A stretch of DNA of 64,000 bases from contig JALDZX010000022.1 in the NCBI GenBank assembly GCA_022813865.1, positions 124,001-188,000 on the forward strand. Direction: 5' to 3'. Each line of letters opens with the position of its first letter. The first letter of the stretch is position 1. Under the pieces are notes generated by a model, which saw nothing but the letters and a program-made list of their open reading frames with translations, had not been told where the DNA came from and searched no databases. Positions 28,947 through 42,773 of this stretch are shown piece after piece. Made by a program: the position numbers and the translations under genes. Source of the DNA: Xylographa opegraphella (lineage: Eukaryota).

Positions 28947-30158
28947 AATGATTCGAGCAGGACATAGATCTCGTTGTACACTGGTTATCGCAACCAACAA
29001 ATGCCATGCATGTAACTACCGACAGGGGGTTGGCGCATAGCAGGTGGGCCTATCAGCGTGAACGTGCCTGCTGTTCTGCAGAAGCTTTTGTGGAACCTCA
29101 ATTTGGACTCGAGGAGAGGAGTGGACTGAGCGCTGGTCGACTATGCTCATGTGACCCAGGATGAAGCATTGTGATGTGGCAGCTACAACGATACCGATGC
29201 GCGAGGCAGGCCAGCGGATGGTCGGATTCGCCAGCATTGTGTGCCAGAGGGTTGCGAGCAGCGATTTGGGTTTGAAATAAGCATTCGCTTTCCGGCACTC
29301 GGGCCCAGTCCACGCCAAGCCTCCCATGTCCTGGCGGTATTCCACGGGTCAGAAGTGGTAATTTTTCGCATCGGGTGAGAAACAACCTGGGCAGCCGATG
29401 CTCTGATTGGCTTCCACTCAGCGTAAGCCCGCCCTAGTGTGTTTCTGTATTTGGAAACACATTCGTCATCAGCCGAGTCCTCTTCGTCCTCTCTGCCTAT
29501 CACATTCGGATCTCTAGACATTTTCTTCATAAAACCTCTTCGCCGTCACTCTCTGTACTGGCACTCAAGTCTCATCTTTTGTTGGCGTGCATCACATTTC
29601 TTCTCCGGAAATCGCTCAGTATTCTTCTGAGAACCCTGCTTGATCTCCCATCCAACCCGAATTCGGCTGTTCGCTGGGCCACCCATCTATCTGATTCGCA
29701 GCTCCACCTGCCGTGCCTTTTTTAGTGGGACTCGACTAGATCTTCGAAAGAGCCGCACCTCACGTCTCCACCATCGCGCACCTTATCGTCATTTCCTGCA
29801 ATAGATAGGCCGAGAAGCTCAACACCTCAGGTCGTCGACGCTGGCCGTCGTCGTCGTCGTCGTTGCCGTCGTCGCCGAAGGTGTAGACTACAGACCTGAC
29901 TGCATCGAGAAGACATTTGCTGTAGGCGTCTCGTCTCAACTTTTCCTGCGAGGCTCACATTGGTAGTGAGGCTTCAATTTCCCGTGCTCAGACTGCGATT
30001 GTCAGATCTCTGTTGCATAATCGGTACCTAAATCAAAGTCGGTGGTCTTCTGAGCAAAGTCCGCGTTGAGGGGCTACTCGTTCGACTTTCTGCACTCGCA
30101 TCTCCAATGCCGACGATCGCCATCGTCGACTTAGACCACGAAGCCCTTTATCACGGTA

Positions 30159-33100
30159 ATGGACACTCATTATGCAAATGGTGCAATATACCAGTCAACT
30201 CATCGCCAACCGTTTCCCTCACTGCCGAACTTGCAGTCTCAATTCCAACAAACTTCACAGGCTAGCTCCCACACTCTCCCGCCACTTCAACCTCAGCGAG
30301 CAGCACTTGCCTATGCCAACGACCTCTTCGCGCAATCTGGACGCTCGCAACAGCCACTGAATCCCTCTCAACAGCCGCTGAATCCCTCTCAACATGCGCC
30401 TTTCAATGACTACGCTTCGCAGGCAAGGCCGCGTTATGCGATTCCCTCAGCAGCCGCATACCCTCAAAATCTCATGCAGTTCTCCAACAGCTCATCATAT
30501 ATCTCGCAACCTTCCCAGACACTATCTTATGATCACAACCACAGTTCTATTGGGCTACAAAGCAACTTACACGACCTGAGGCCGATGACTTCCACCAGTA
30601 CAGCCCACAACCCCATACTGACCAACAGTTACGACACACCTCAGCCTTTTACTTCGTCCAACTCCGGCCAGGAACAGGATGAAATGCCACGGACCCATGT
30701 AGTTGGCTCACAAGGACGACGAGGTATTCTACCTAGCGCTGCGGGTCGTCCGGTAGCTGTCACGAAAGAAGGCACATCGTCAACAAAATCATCAATTGTG
30801 CCGATAAAGGATGCGGATGGGAAGTTTCCTTGTCCTCACTGTAACAAAACTTACCTACATGCAAAGCACCTGAAGCGTCATCTCTTGCGGCGTAAGTCGC
30901 CCATTCTCTCTCACTCAAAAGTAATCATTCAAGCTAAGGAGGTACAGATACTGGTGATCGCCCGTACTCTTGTATACTGTGTAACGATACCTTTTCACGT
31001 AGCGACATCCTAAAACGGCATTTTCAGAAATGCTCAATAAGGAGAGGCAATCCAACTGGTGCGACGCATTTGTCAAATTCGCAGTCACATGTAAAGAAGC
31101 AAAGCGCAAAGAAGCCGGTGGAACTTGATCTGGATGAATCGGAGTACTCGAATGTCTTACACACTCCCATGTCAGCACCGATATCTTCCGCCGCAAACGG
31201 GAACAACTTGGGACTCGGGATTCATGGTGTTTCTGACGGCTATCAGTCCTCCTCCGTACCCGTATCTCGAACGGGCAGTGTCAAGAGAAACAGTGTCAAT
31301 AATATTGTTCGAGATAAGCGAAGTATGACAGGGCCCATTCCTCCTGCTTTCAAGAGATCAAGCCTGAGCAACACTCCAAATCGCGCCGATAGTAACTCGT
31401 TGCCATCTAGTGCAGTTTCAACACCCTTAATGCTTCGAGGCAACAGACACTCAGGACACTTCCCTCAAGCTATAAGTCCGGAACAGGTTCTCTCTAATAA
31501 CACCGTCGGGTCACTTTCGGATTTGGAGAATACGGCCACTATGTCGCATCTGTCCAATCCGTCTCATCTTGATGGGCATAACTTTGACTGGACCGCATTT
31601 CCTTCGGTCACTAGACAAGGGTTCTCGGATTCAATGGCGTCGGTGTCTGCACAAGGTAGTAATTTAGGAGTCAAATTGGAGACTCGAGACTCAAAGATTT
31701 CTTTCCCAGGAATATCTGAATCTCACAACGATGATCTACTAAGTGGCCTGTTCGAAGTGCCTTCTTCGACGAGTACAATGGGAAATGAAGTCTATCAGCA
31801 TTGGGACCTACAATCATCCCGAATGGACACTTTTCAATCCAAGGCGGAACGACTGATCTCATTTTGCCGAGCTGATCAGCCTGATGGCTCGGCCCACAAT
31901 CACTCAGAAAATCAACTTCTCAAATACTGCTTGACTAGTGGAAACATTGAACATTTCTTGACACAGTATTCCCATTTCCAGGGACACTGGCCTGTCATCC
32001 ATATTCCCACTTTCAACCCGATTGATGCCTATGATGGCCTGGTCTTATCGATGATATGTATAGGTGCCGTATATTCGGATCGCTTACATCTGAATCAGGT
32101 TCGGATACTGCTAGGTCGAGCAAAAATGGCAATTGAGCAATCATCACATATATTTAACCTCATACGAGGCTCCGTCATGGACCAGGATTACCTTGACAAT
32201 AGAGGCTCAGATGCGTTCGAGGAGATCCAAGCCCTGGTCCTGCTTCAAACATTATCTATTTGGCATGGCGATCATGCACAACGTCAATTTGCACGGGATA
32301 GCTTTGGCCATTATGTCAAGCTTGCTCGACAACTTCGAATGCTCTCACCTACTGCGATGAACGACCCGACTTACAGTACTTTGCATCAGCCATCTCCATT
32401 TTCTGAACAAGTTTCTTTGGAGTCTTGGGATTGGCTTGCCTGGGTCAGACAGGAAAAGAGATCACGACTCATGTTCACAATATTTCTTGTCGACGCTGCT
32501 CTCGTGCTGTACTTCAACTGCCAACCCCATTTCAGCCCAACGGAAATCAGACTACCATTGCCAGCAGATGACGCTGCTTGGGAAGCGACAAATGCTCAGG
32601 CATGCGCTGACGCGCTTGGTCTGCATGGTGCAGATGCTCAGCAGGGCAATACGACGGGCAGCCGACGACGAAAACAACCGGAAATGCATATGGCGATGAC
32701 AGCATTACTGAACCCTGCCTATGGATTAGAACTACATTGCACCAATTCTTACTCGAAGTTCATTCTTATCCACGGACTCCATATTACAATCTGGAATGTC
32801 CAAAGACAAGTATCCCAGGACAATGCTATGTATGGTCACCACGACTGTGGAACTTTGATGAATGGTAGCAGTACGCCAGTTTCTCAATACGACTGGGTGG
32901 CGATGGGTAACAGCAGTGCCCTGACAAGCAAGAGCAATAGTGGTCAGGTCACTCCTACTGAGAGCCCGGGCACACAATCGCCGGGAACGCATCAAATGCT
33001 CAAGGCTGTAACGTCCGCGTTGACAAAGTGGAAGAAGATATGGGACGAAGACATGTCGCTTCAGTATCCACCCGAAACCAAAAGAATGGGGTTTTGTAGA

Positions 33101-33343
33101 GACGGGATCCACTTTTACTGGCTTGCCCACATGTTTTTACACAACTCTCGAGCGTCAGACTGGCAAAGTCCTCCTGATTCAAGATTCTTGCAGGTCATGG
33201 CCCTATTGAAGCGAGCCAGGTCTTATGTAACATCCAAAGAAACCGGCTCTGTGGGCGACATAGATGAGAAATACGGCGTTGAGGATCTCACTTTAGACAT
33301 GAAACTGCTCTTTACTCCCTTAACACCAGACTACCATTCTTGA
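30159..33343 (+). CDS. C2H2 zinc-finger transcription factor with fungal-specific TF (middle homology) domain
   Basis: Two fingers, CPHCNKTYLHAKHLKRHLLRH-TGDRPY-SCILCNDTFSRSDILKRH, joined by intron 30892-30947; downstream HWPVIHIPTF, EKRSRLMFTIFLVD and LPLPADDAAWEA. Confidence 0.92.
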
Positions 33344-34363
33344 TGATTGTGGGACACGCCTTCACCGCGGTTGGGTACTTCGGATCCACACTTAAATGGG
33401 TCGATCACGGAGAAGATCTATTCTCTTCCTCCTACATTGAAGTATTTCAAAGTTTCTATCATATCCTAGAATTATTGTTATCGCCAAAGGACGACTATGC
33501 GGGTTGCTTGTTTACACTATGGTCAAGGGCTTGTGGTAGCATTTTAGAGGACTTTATCGACATAGCCTCGGCGTTACATTACGGATTCGGGACAACATTT
33601 ATGTATTGGATGCACCTAGAAACGACTACACGGCAAAAGTTACAAAATTACATGGGAGGTATAGAAGGCATAATTGCAGGAGTTCTGGTTTCATCGAAAG
33701 GGCTCATTGCGTATAGAGTGTCAGGCTGGCTAGAAGTTCATAGCGTGCGTGCACAATAGACTTTGGATACACACAGCTTGTGGGGACTCATTCAGTAATA
33801 AGTTTAAGCCTATGTTGTTTAATACCGTGAGTCGCGACTTCGAGAAGTAGTGCAAGTATTCACGACAGGGATTCTTCCCCATTAATATAACATCGGCTGT
33901 GAAGAGAATCATCAAAACCGCTCCGCAGTCTACAAAGACATTCGGTCTAGCTCGCATATACTGCCAATTTCGATGATCTACTGTGAAATGGACTGAACCC
34001 CTCTGCCGAACGCATCTCCGACAGGCCTTATTCCTCTCTTAAGTGAGCCGAACTTAGAGATTCTTATGCACGGTGTCTGATTCATCGCATTGCCCACAGC
34101 CGCTTATGATCCTTATTAGACGTTACCATACGAACAGGCCACGGCCCATACTATAGCAACATCCTAAGCTGGCGGGACCATCTTTGACCAAAGGTGTTAT
34201 CCTTTTGAACGGCGTTGCGCTATTCTTCGGCGTCTTCTTAATTCTGGCTTTTCCATTCCGCTTTTCAGCTAGGTTATCTGCCGTACTCAACACTATACAG
34301 CCTCTCTACCACAAGACAAGCTCCTCGACAGCGATCGTCTCACGTCCTCTGACTACTTCTACA

Positions 34364-36810
34364 ATGGCACCTGCCGTATTTAAAAAGCCACCGCAGGCTC
34401 CGCCGGTCTTCATTGGAACAGCGGCATCGATCGTGAAGGATACCGAGAGACTGATCGAGAGGTCACGAACTTTGCAAGACCAGATCGTAGCGAGCGTTGA
34501 ACAAAAAGATGCAACCTTCGAAAACGTTGTTCTTCCAATGGCTCAGCATGAGGCTAGCAATAGCCTAGAGTCTCATATACTAGTTTTTTATCAGGCTGTG
34601 TCGGCCGAAAAGGCTGTTCGAGATGCCTCGACCGAAGCCGATAAACTCATTGATGATTTTTCCATCGAATCCAACATGAGAGAGGATCTGTATAAGCTGG
34701 TTGACGCAGCCTTTCAGAAAAAAGCAAAATTGGATCCAGAATCACAAAGACTACTAGAAAGGGAGAGAAAGGACTACATTCGGAACGGATTAAGTTTACC
34801 GGCTGGTTCAAAGAGAGACAGATTTAAGGAGATCAAGAAGCGACTTTCACAGATATCGATACAATTTCAGAAGAACTTGAATGAAGAAAACGGAGGCTTG
34901 TGGTTTACCTATGACGAGCTCGAAGGAGTCCCGGCGGATGTGCTCTCGACACTGACAAAAGGAGATGGCATCAACGAAGGCAAATTAAGACTGACATTCA
35001 AATACCCAGACCTCTTCCCTACTCTGAAATACGCGAAGAACCCGACTACAAGGCAGAAAGTCTTTATCGACAACGAAAACAAGTCCAATCAGAATGTACC
35101 ACTCTTCAAGGAGGCGGTATTATTGAGAGATGAAGCGGCAAGATTACTTGGTTACCCCAATCATGCTGCTTTCAAAATTGAAGACAAAATGGCAAAGACA
35201 CCGGCTACGGTTGACGAGTTCCTCGGTGATTTGAGGAGCCGCCTAGCTAAGGGAGGAGCAAACGAGAAGGAGATCTTACAGAAATTGAAGGAAGAGGACC
35301 TTAAGGCTCGCGGGCTGGATAAGAGTTTTGACGGCCACTACTACGTATGGGATCACCGGTATTACTCACGACTCCAGCTCGAGCAGGATTATCAGCTCGA
35401 TCAACAGAAGGTCGCAGAATATTTTCCTCTGCAGACTACGTTGGATGCCATGTTACGTATTTTTGAAGAACTGCTGGGATTAACTTTTGTGGAAATCACT
35501 ACCGAGAATCGATCTGCCATCTCCCCCTCTGGAAAAGGTGAAGATATCGTATGGCATCCTGACGTACAGGTCTTCAGTGTCTGGGACGACGAAGGTGAGG
35601 GTCAGGCATTTGTGGGATATCTATATACCGATCTACACCCTCGCGACGGCAAGTGCGTTTCGACAATATTTTTTCTTCACATTCGACTGAGTCAACTGAC
35701 TTGTCCTTATAGGTACGGCCATGCTGCTAACTTCAACCTCTCTCCCGGCTTTATCAATCCGAACGGTACTCGAAGATACCCAGCGACAGCACTGGTTTGT
35801 AACTTCAGCAAACCAGGTCCAAAAAAGCCCAGTCTATTGAAACATGACGAGGTAGTCACTCTATTTCATGGTATGGAAAGATTCACCCATCCCTGGTATT
35901 ACGGTCTGACTGACCCTGTTCAGAGCTGGGCCACGGCATTCATGATCTTGTTAGTAAAACAAAATACGCACGATTTCATGGAACTAGGGTTGTGCAAGAC
36001 TTCGTTGAAGCTCCTTCCCAGATGTTGGAGAATTGGTAAGGACGAGAACATCCTTCTATATGTCATTCCATTGAGTAAACTGCTAGGTGCTGGACCCCTT
36101 CACAGCTCAAAGCGTTGAGCCAGCATTACTCCACCCTGTCTCCAGAGTACTTGGCATCCTGGAAAGAGCACGCCGGTGGTCAATCGCAGCCATCGGAGAA
36201 GATCCCGGATGACTTGATCGACAATCTCATCAAGACTAAGCACGTCAACGATGCACTCTTTACCCTACGACAACTACACTTTGGAATGTTTGATATGGCA
36301 GTGCATGAGCCGAAGACGCACGAGGAGTTGGAGCGAACTGACTGTACCGAGCTATACAATCGATTGAGAACCGAGATCACGTGTTTGGACGGGCCAGAAG
36401 TGCTTGGAATGGGCAATGACTGGGGACATGGGCAAGCGACGTTTGGTCATCTTATCGGTAAGAAGCTCTTTCACTTACACTACTCTGTTTCGATTTGGAT
36501 GGTGGACTGAACGCACGATTTCTCAGGCGGTTACGATGCAGGCTACTACGGGTACCTGTCGTCTCAGGTGTACTCTATGGACATGTTCCACAGCGTGTTC
36601 GCAAAGGACCCGATGAACCGCAAGGAAGGACGGCGTTATCGGCACGCGGTGCTCGAGAAAGGAGGCAGCCAGGATGAGATGCAGTCTCTGGAGGACTTCT
36701 TGGGGAGGAAGCCGAGCTCCGATGCATTCTATCGGGAGCTGGGACTGGCATCACTGGATGATCCTGGAGCGGAGGCGCAGTATGGGCATCGTGAAAAGCA
36801 GGACGCGTAG
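34364..36810 (+). CDS. mepB: M3 metallo-oligopeptidase (thimet oligopeptidase/MepB/Prd1-like)
   Basis: [26 protein letters not shown] (HExxH across intron 35871-35923), [13 protein letters not shown] and [10 protein letters not shown]; four introns. Confidence 0.94.
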
Positions 36811-37997
36811 GGGATATTTGATCTGCCGTGGCACGTGCTGTAGCTACCACTCCACCCTGAGACCACGCAACAGTAGCTTTTTTGCTCGGCACGATTCGCT
36901 CAACAGCAGAAATATGACGAACGCCTCCGGCGGCGTCCCTCCCGTCATCCGTGCGACAGCGTTCGCATTGCAAAACCCCGTCTCCCACGCAAAGCAGACC
37001 AAGCGTCCGCCCCCAACCACCATGTAAGGTAGCTCTTCCCGTACGTTCTAGCGCACGGAGTACGTTGCCGAGCAATCCCACGGCATATCTCGTTCCAAGC
37101 CGACAGGCCTGCCTGCCGTGCGGCGGTACTACCTTCCTACCTTACCTTCTCTTCCTGTCCTCGTGTTTGTCGCCCCGAGCGCGGGCACGCAACCGGAGCC
37201 ATCTCCGACGCTGCATCGCTAGCGGCACGCCCGCACCCGGGGTTGTGCGCCCACTTAGCGGCCTCTGGGGCTCCATCGCTGGAGCAGTCGTCCGGGCGGG
37301 GTCTGATTGGTCGACTGGAGGAAGGGCTAAGGCTGTGTCGTGCTTCGAGTGGGGAGAGTCGATGGCCGCGATGCGGGTGGGAGGGTTGGGGATCGGGCAT
37401 GGGAGGGGCGCGAGGAGGAGGGAAAAAGGGGGGGGGGAAGGAGGGGATGGAGGTACGTCCGATGACAGGACGGAAGGAGGGAGGGAGGCGATGATTGGGA
37501 TCCGGGGAGCCTAGCATCTGCGTTGGCTGGCTGGCTGGCTGGCGGTTGGACGCGGCTTAGGTATCCACCTGACTGTCTTATTTAAGGTAGTCACGCTGGG
37601 TCCCTCGGCCTTGCCACCTCTGGTGAGCAGAACCGCATAGTTTTCTGCCCTGGGTTGGCACGGTGGATTTATCTGTTCTCAGCCAGCCAAGGGCAGGATG
37701 TTCGTGAGGGAGGGCTAGGAAGGAGCATTGCTGATGAACCCATCCGCAGTCTACCTTACCCACGGTCTATGGCTAACATTCCGGCAAAGCAAGATATTGG
37801 ATGGCCGAAAGGTCTCCCAGACCCCTTCCATGCTGATGCTCATGCAAATCCCATTCTCTGAAGACAAAGCCAAAAAAAAATACGCGGGGTTTTGACAGAG
37901 CTAGATCAAGGCAAATAAAATGAGCAAGCTTCAGCTCTGCTTCGTGCCCCATGAATCATCCCCGCTATGTGTTTTTTTTTTGCGAACCCTCCCCTTT

Positions 37998-40289
37998 TCA
38001 GTCACTGTTCAGCAGAGACGTTATCTGCATCGCTCGGTCAGTGGTCGATTGTCTTTCAGGTTTCTGCTGCTCCATCTGCTTGTTCCATTCTGCCTCCCAA
38101 TCTACTCCAATGTTGCGATCGATGTAGCGTTTGATCTGATCGACTGGTTGCGAATACTCAAGCCTTGTGCAGGCATCCAGGACTTCATCCACACCATATC
38201 GATCGTTGTCGCCCAGCTTGGCCTCGACGTCCTGTCCAAGCACAATTCCCTGTGCCATGGCATTCTGCCGGAAGAGCTGCTGAAGAGGGCCACAGATGGG
38301 GAACCCCGCCCCATTCTGCTGCAGCGCGTCTAAGCAGAAGGCAAGGACATTGTGTCCCAGCGAATGGTCAGACGAATACTGAAACAAGGCGTCCGCCATG
38401 TGAAGAACACAGAATACAATTATTGGCATACCATAACGGGAAGAATAAAGTCGATTGCCATGGGATGCGAGATTAAGGCCGGTACGGGCGTGGTTGGTGA
38501 TTGTGTTCCGAATGTGCCGATCTTCCTCTTCATGGAAATAACCACACGCGGCCAGTGGCGCAAGGAGCTGAACGACCGTGACGTTGTATTGGACGCTTGG
38601 GATTATCAGCAGAGTATGAATGGAAACGCTGTGGAGTGCCAGGCACTTACTGCAAAGCCAGTACATGAGGTAACGGTTGGCTATCCTCGTCTGTACGTGC
38701 TATCTCTTCCGGTAGATTGGCCTTCCAGTTGATGAGTCGCTTGAAACAACCGATCACAGCGGCTGCCGTGACCTTGCCTCGTGCTCCGCAGTACACGTTG
38801 ATGGTGTCATGCACAATTCGGAAGAGTTTGGCCTGCTGACAGGCGGTCAGAATCGCAAAACTCTGCCTTCGGGGATTGTTGCTATCGTCCCCAGGTTGCC
38901 GATAATAACGCCACTGCTCGGGGGCGGAGTCTTGATCCAATACCACATTTATGAATACTTCTGTTCGAGGGGACACTGGACTGAAGGGCTTCTGGTAGGT
39001 TATACCCGACCAAGCACTATCAGACATTAGGGATCAATTCAATAACTAGAGGCGATTCACTAACGTGTTCAATGTATGGATACCCCATTGAGACAACTGC
39101 AAGGTGGCTTCGCCGTCTTCGCTCGAGTCGGATGGCGTTCTCATATTATCTGCAGCGCATCGAAGATACCCTGAAGCACTGCGTGCTTTCCCTGCACTCA
39201 AGTCGGCGGTGAACATTATTGCGAATGCTTGGATAGACGTCATAGGGAGCCTTGGTCCGAGGTTGAGAAGGCTGCGGGCTTCGTCCATGAAACCATTCCG
39301 CAAGTTCATCCTATCCTGGACATCTCTACTGGACACGCCTGGGACCGGGCTGTCCAGAAGATGGCATGCCATCCCGCAGATAGCGTTGACCAAGGCAGAG
39401 GAGCAGTAAATCTCGTCGCCGTTCCGGTAAGACTCCAAAAAGTTGACTTCGTGGAACAACATATGCACCGGATGGACCCAAGTGAAGTATAACTCGAATA
39501 GATGCTGAATGAAGGTATCGTTCTGGGTAACACGAGTCCAACGATGAGAGGTGGTCGGACCTGAAGGACTTTGGTGCACCTTGAATAGGCTCTCCACTCT
39601 ACTGACAACAGCAATCAGATGCCTGTCCGATTCTGTTATTGATGCTATGAATTGTCGAAGCTCCGGACGTCCCTGCAACCATAGAGCTATCGACTCCTGA
39701 GACTCGCCATTCCGAAGACGTCTGATCACCTCCTCGACGTGACCGTTGTTTGTGAGAATATCCAGAATAACCGACTGATTGTGCTGCAGCTGTTCGAGAT
39801 CTCTCTTTGTTTCCATGAGCTCGGAATGTTCATCTTGAAGGCCCGCATGTACTTGCCGCATGGACTCGATCTCGCGCAGGAGATCATCCTTGTGTGTTTT
39901 GGTGTGAGGTTCATATAAACATCTCAGTCGTCGGGAGTTGCAGCGAGAACAAGAAGCGGGTCGGGATCCGTCGCACTGCAAATCGGAAGTCAGAAACACG
40001 GCAGTATGAGACCCCAATGGGTAAGTGTGGAGGGCCATGTGTAGCAACGGTTTGGTCATCTTACCTTCGCTCTCGCTTTTCTGCATTCGGTGCACGCCAT
40101 GACCGTGACGTTACCGGGCTGCCTCCGCCGACGCTGGCCGCCATCGCCGCTGTTGCTTCCTCCACCACCGCTGTTGGCGCCGCTGGAAGTCAGTGGAGTA
40201 TCGAGTGCGCCGCCGGCCTTGCCCGAAGATGAGGATTGGTCGGTCGTGCTTTGGCTGGAAGGGCCGAGAGCCCGATAACTGTCTGCCAT
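37998..40289 (-). CDS. Zn2Cys6 transcription factor (NirA-like architecture) with fungal TF domain
   Basis: ACTECRKARAK|CDGSRPASCSRCNSRRLRCLY across intron 39976-40064; WTRVT..FIQHLFELYFTWVHP and YCSSALVNAIC; two more introns near 39017-39064 and 38596-38651. Confidence 0.9.
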
Positions 40290-42773
40290 GGGAGTGCAGA
40301 TTTCAGCGTTGTCATCACCGATGCGAACGGTGCAAGTAATGGGAGTGTATTTGGTCGTAGGTTAGAGGCCCTCCGTTCCGAAGGCCGGCTGAGTTGAGCG
40401 AAAGTGGAGGTCCAAACTTGTGCGCTTTCTCCACTGGCACCGTTGGCGGACGCGGCACGCGGCCATCACATTCACTACAAAATCACACTTGAATAGCGGT
40501 TGCTGGAGAGGCCCTCAGCGCAGGTGGCAATGAGTACTTGTAGGCACAGACAGAAGGCGGCAACCAGTGAGAAGTGTTCTGTTTTTTTCTTTCTTTTTTA
40601 ATTGGTAGCATGCACCTTGGACTTTCTATACAGTTGGGCCTATATCCTCCGCTCCGAATGGTGTGGAGGAGCCAGCCATTAGGATTACCTCACGGGGGAG
40701 CCGAGCATACTCCTTCGCACATCCGGGCCACCCACACGTGCACCGTCCATACTTCTGTGGAAACCTTTGTGGGACGGCCTATGAGCCCACCCTGGACATT
40801 TGTGCCACTTCGAAGCCTTTATACTCTGGTCGTTGCTCTTGGATCTCGATCCTATTGTTTCGTACATTTTCCCCACCGCGGGGCAAATCGCTTAGACTAC
40901 CTAGGGTAGGATTGGACACTGTGTAGGATACCTTAGGACTAGGTGATCTAAGTCTAGTCAATCTGGGAAGATGTACTGCTGTACTGTATGATTGAATTAC
41001 GCCACCCACCCACGAAGGCACATACACGCACAGAGCTGATCATGTCGAACGGAACGCACATTCATCAGGGCGTGATTACGAGTAGGAACGAGAAGATAGA
41101 AAGGCACACTTAAATTTATCTGGCAAGAACGCGGTGGCGCCTCATCAGCATTATTTGCCTGCCTCGAAATCAAGACCCTGGGCCAGAAGGGCTTGAATTT
41201 GATTTTAATGGCAGCAAAGGTCCCATGAACTTCTTTGCGCCGAATCCTTTCCCTCCATAATCTACGGAACCGAGCTTCATTGGACCGGTTTGAATTACGA
41301 GATTTTGGGACGCCACCAGTGGCAACGGTGGCAAGCTTTACTTTGTGATCATGAAGCAGTTACCCATCAGCAGTTCGGGCGAGCAGGAACGGTTATCCAA
41401 TCATGAACCAAAACCCGCAGCCTGAACGCTGGATTAGAGGTGCGGGACGACATCTGATTCCTGGCAATCAGCATGCGAGGGCAGGTGGGTATCAGGGATG
41501 GGGAAGTGCTGAAGTCCCATGCGGTAGCACGGATATGTCAGAATGGCATGCCGTAACAAGGATTCTTCTCACGCGTGACGAAGGCGATACGATATCAACA
41601 ACGGCAATTAAATGCTTCGATCACTGCCCCTCCTGGTCATGTGTATGCCCGTAGCAGTGCGGCCATCATGCTGCTGTTAAGGGATATACTGTAGATCCAG
41701 ACTAGGTACCCACGCCGGATCGAAACAGCCTCCAGCGCTCGATCTATCGCGTGTGTACAGTGGAGTGTGGGATACAGTAACGATGACGGCATGGCGATAT
41801 GACGGCATAAGATCGTCAAGCCCGAAGTACTGTGTACGGTATTCTGACCGCTGTCTTGGCCTTGCAAACGCACGTCACGGTGAGAATTGCGGGAGAGCGC
41901 TTTGCGGAGCGGCACTTCGGACTTCGAACCTCGTCTGCTGCTGCTTCCGGGACTGCTATCCTCGGGAGAAGGCCAAGATGTCCTGGAACCGCGACTTTCA
42001 CGCGCTGATGTAGGAATTGTGCCTTGTATAGCACCCAAGCGGACCAGTGGTTGGCTTATATTGGACTAAGGTAGTCTACTTTACTCCGTATAGATACGGA
42101 AATCAAGGACCCAAGCTGTATTGTCACACGACCGACCCGCTGCCTTACGCCGTACCACCGTGCTCCAGGGAGGCTGCGAGACAATAATGGAATTAAAAAC
42201 GTCTAACCTGGGCGGCGCGTCAGCTCCAAGCCTGCACGGGTGGAAGGTCCGAACCTCGCACCCGTCACGCCCGGATGCAGTCTCCGACTCGATGCCGTAT
42301 CCTCCCCACCCGTGAACAATCCAACCGCAATATGAGAACCATCCGCTCAGTATTTGCTTCTACCCTTGCATGTGAGACTGAAGGATCGGAACAGTTCGCC
42401 GCCATGTGTGCGTTCTTGTTGACCGCTACATAACACACTGCTTCGTCTCGAGGCCATCCTCGCAACAAATCTGATATCTTCCTTTCACCAGCCTCCACAA
42501 TTCGCCATCCCGACTTATAAACCGTGAGTGCACTTTTCTCGTTTCCTAACTCGGACACGCTGCCGCTTGGTGGACATCAATTGGAATGGGGACAGACCGG
42601 ACAGCTGGCCCCCCCTCATCCTACACCACCACCGTCCCCCAGCTCCAACCTAGCTTACTGTCCCAGAGCTTGAACTGCGCTGCTAACACTCGTACAGCTC
42701 CCATGGCCAGCAGACCCGACCGCTCAACCCTCACAACCCCTCTGAACACTCCGCCCACCGGCCTCTGCATCTG

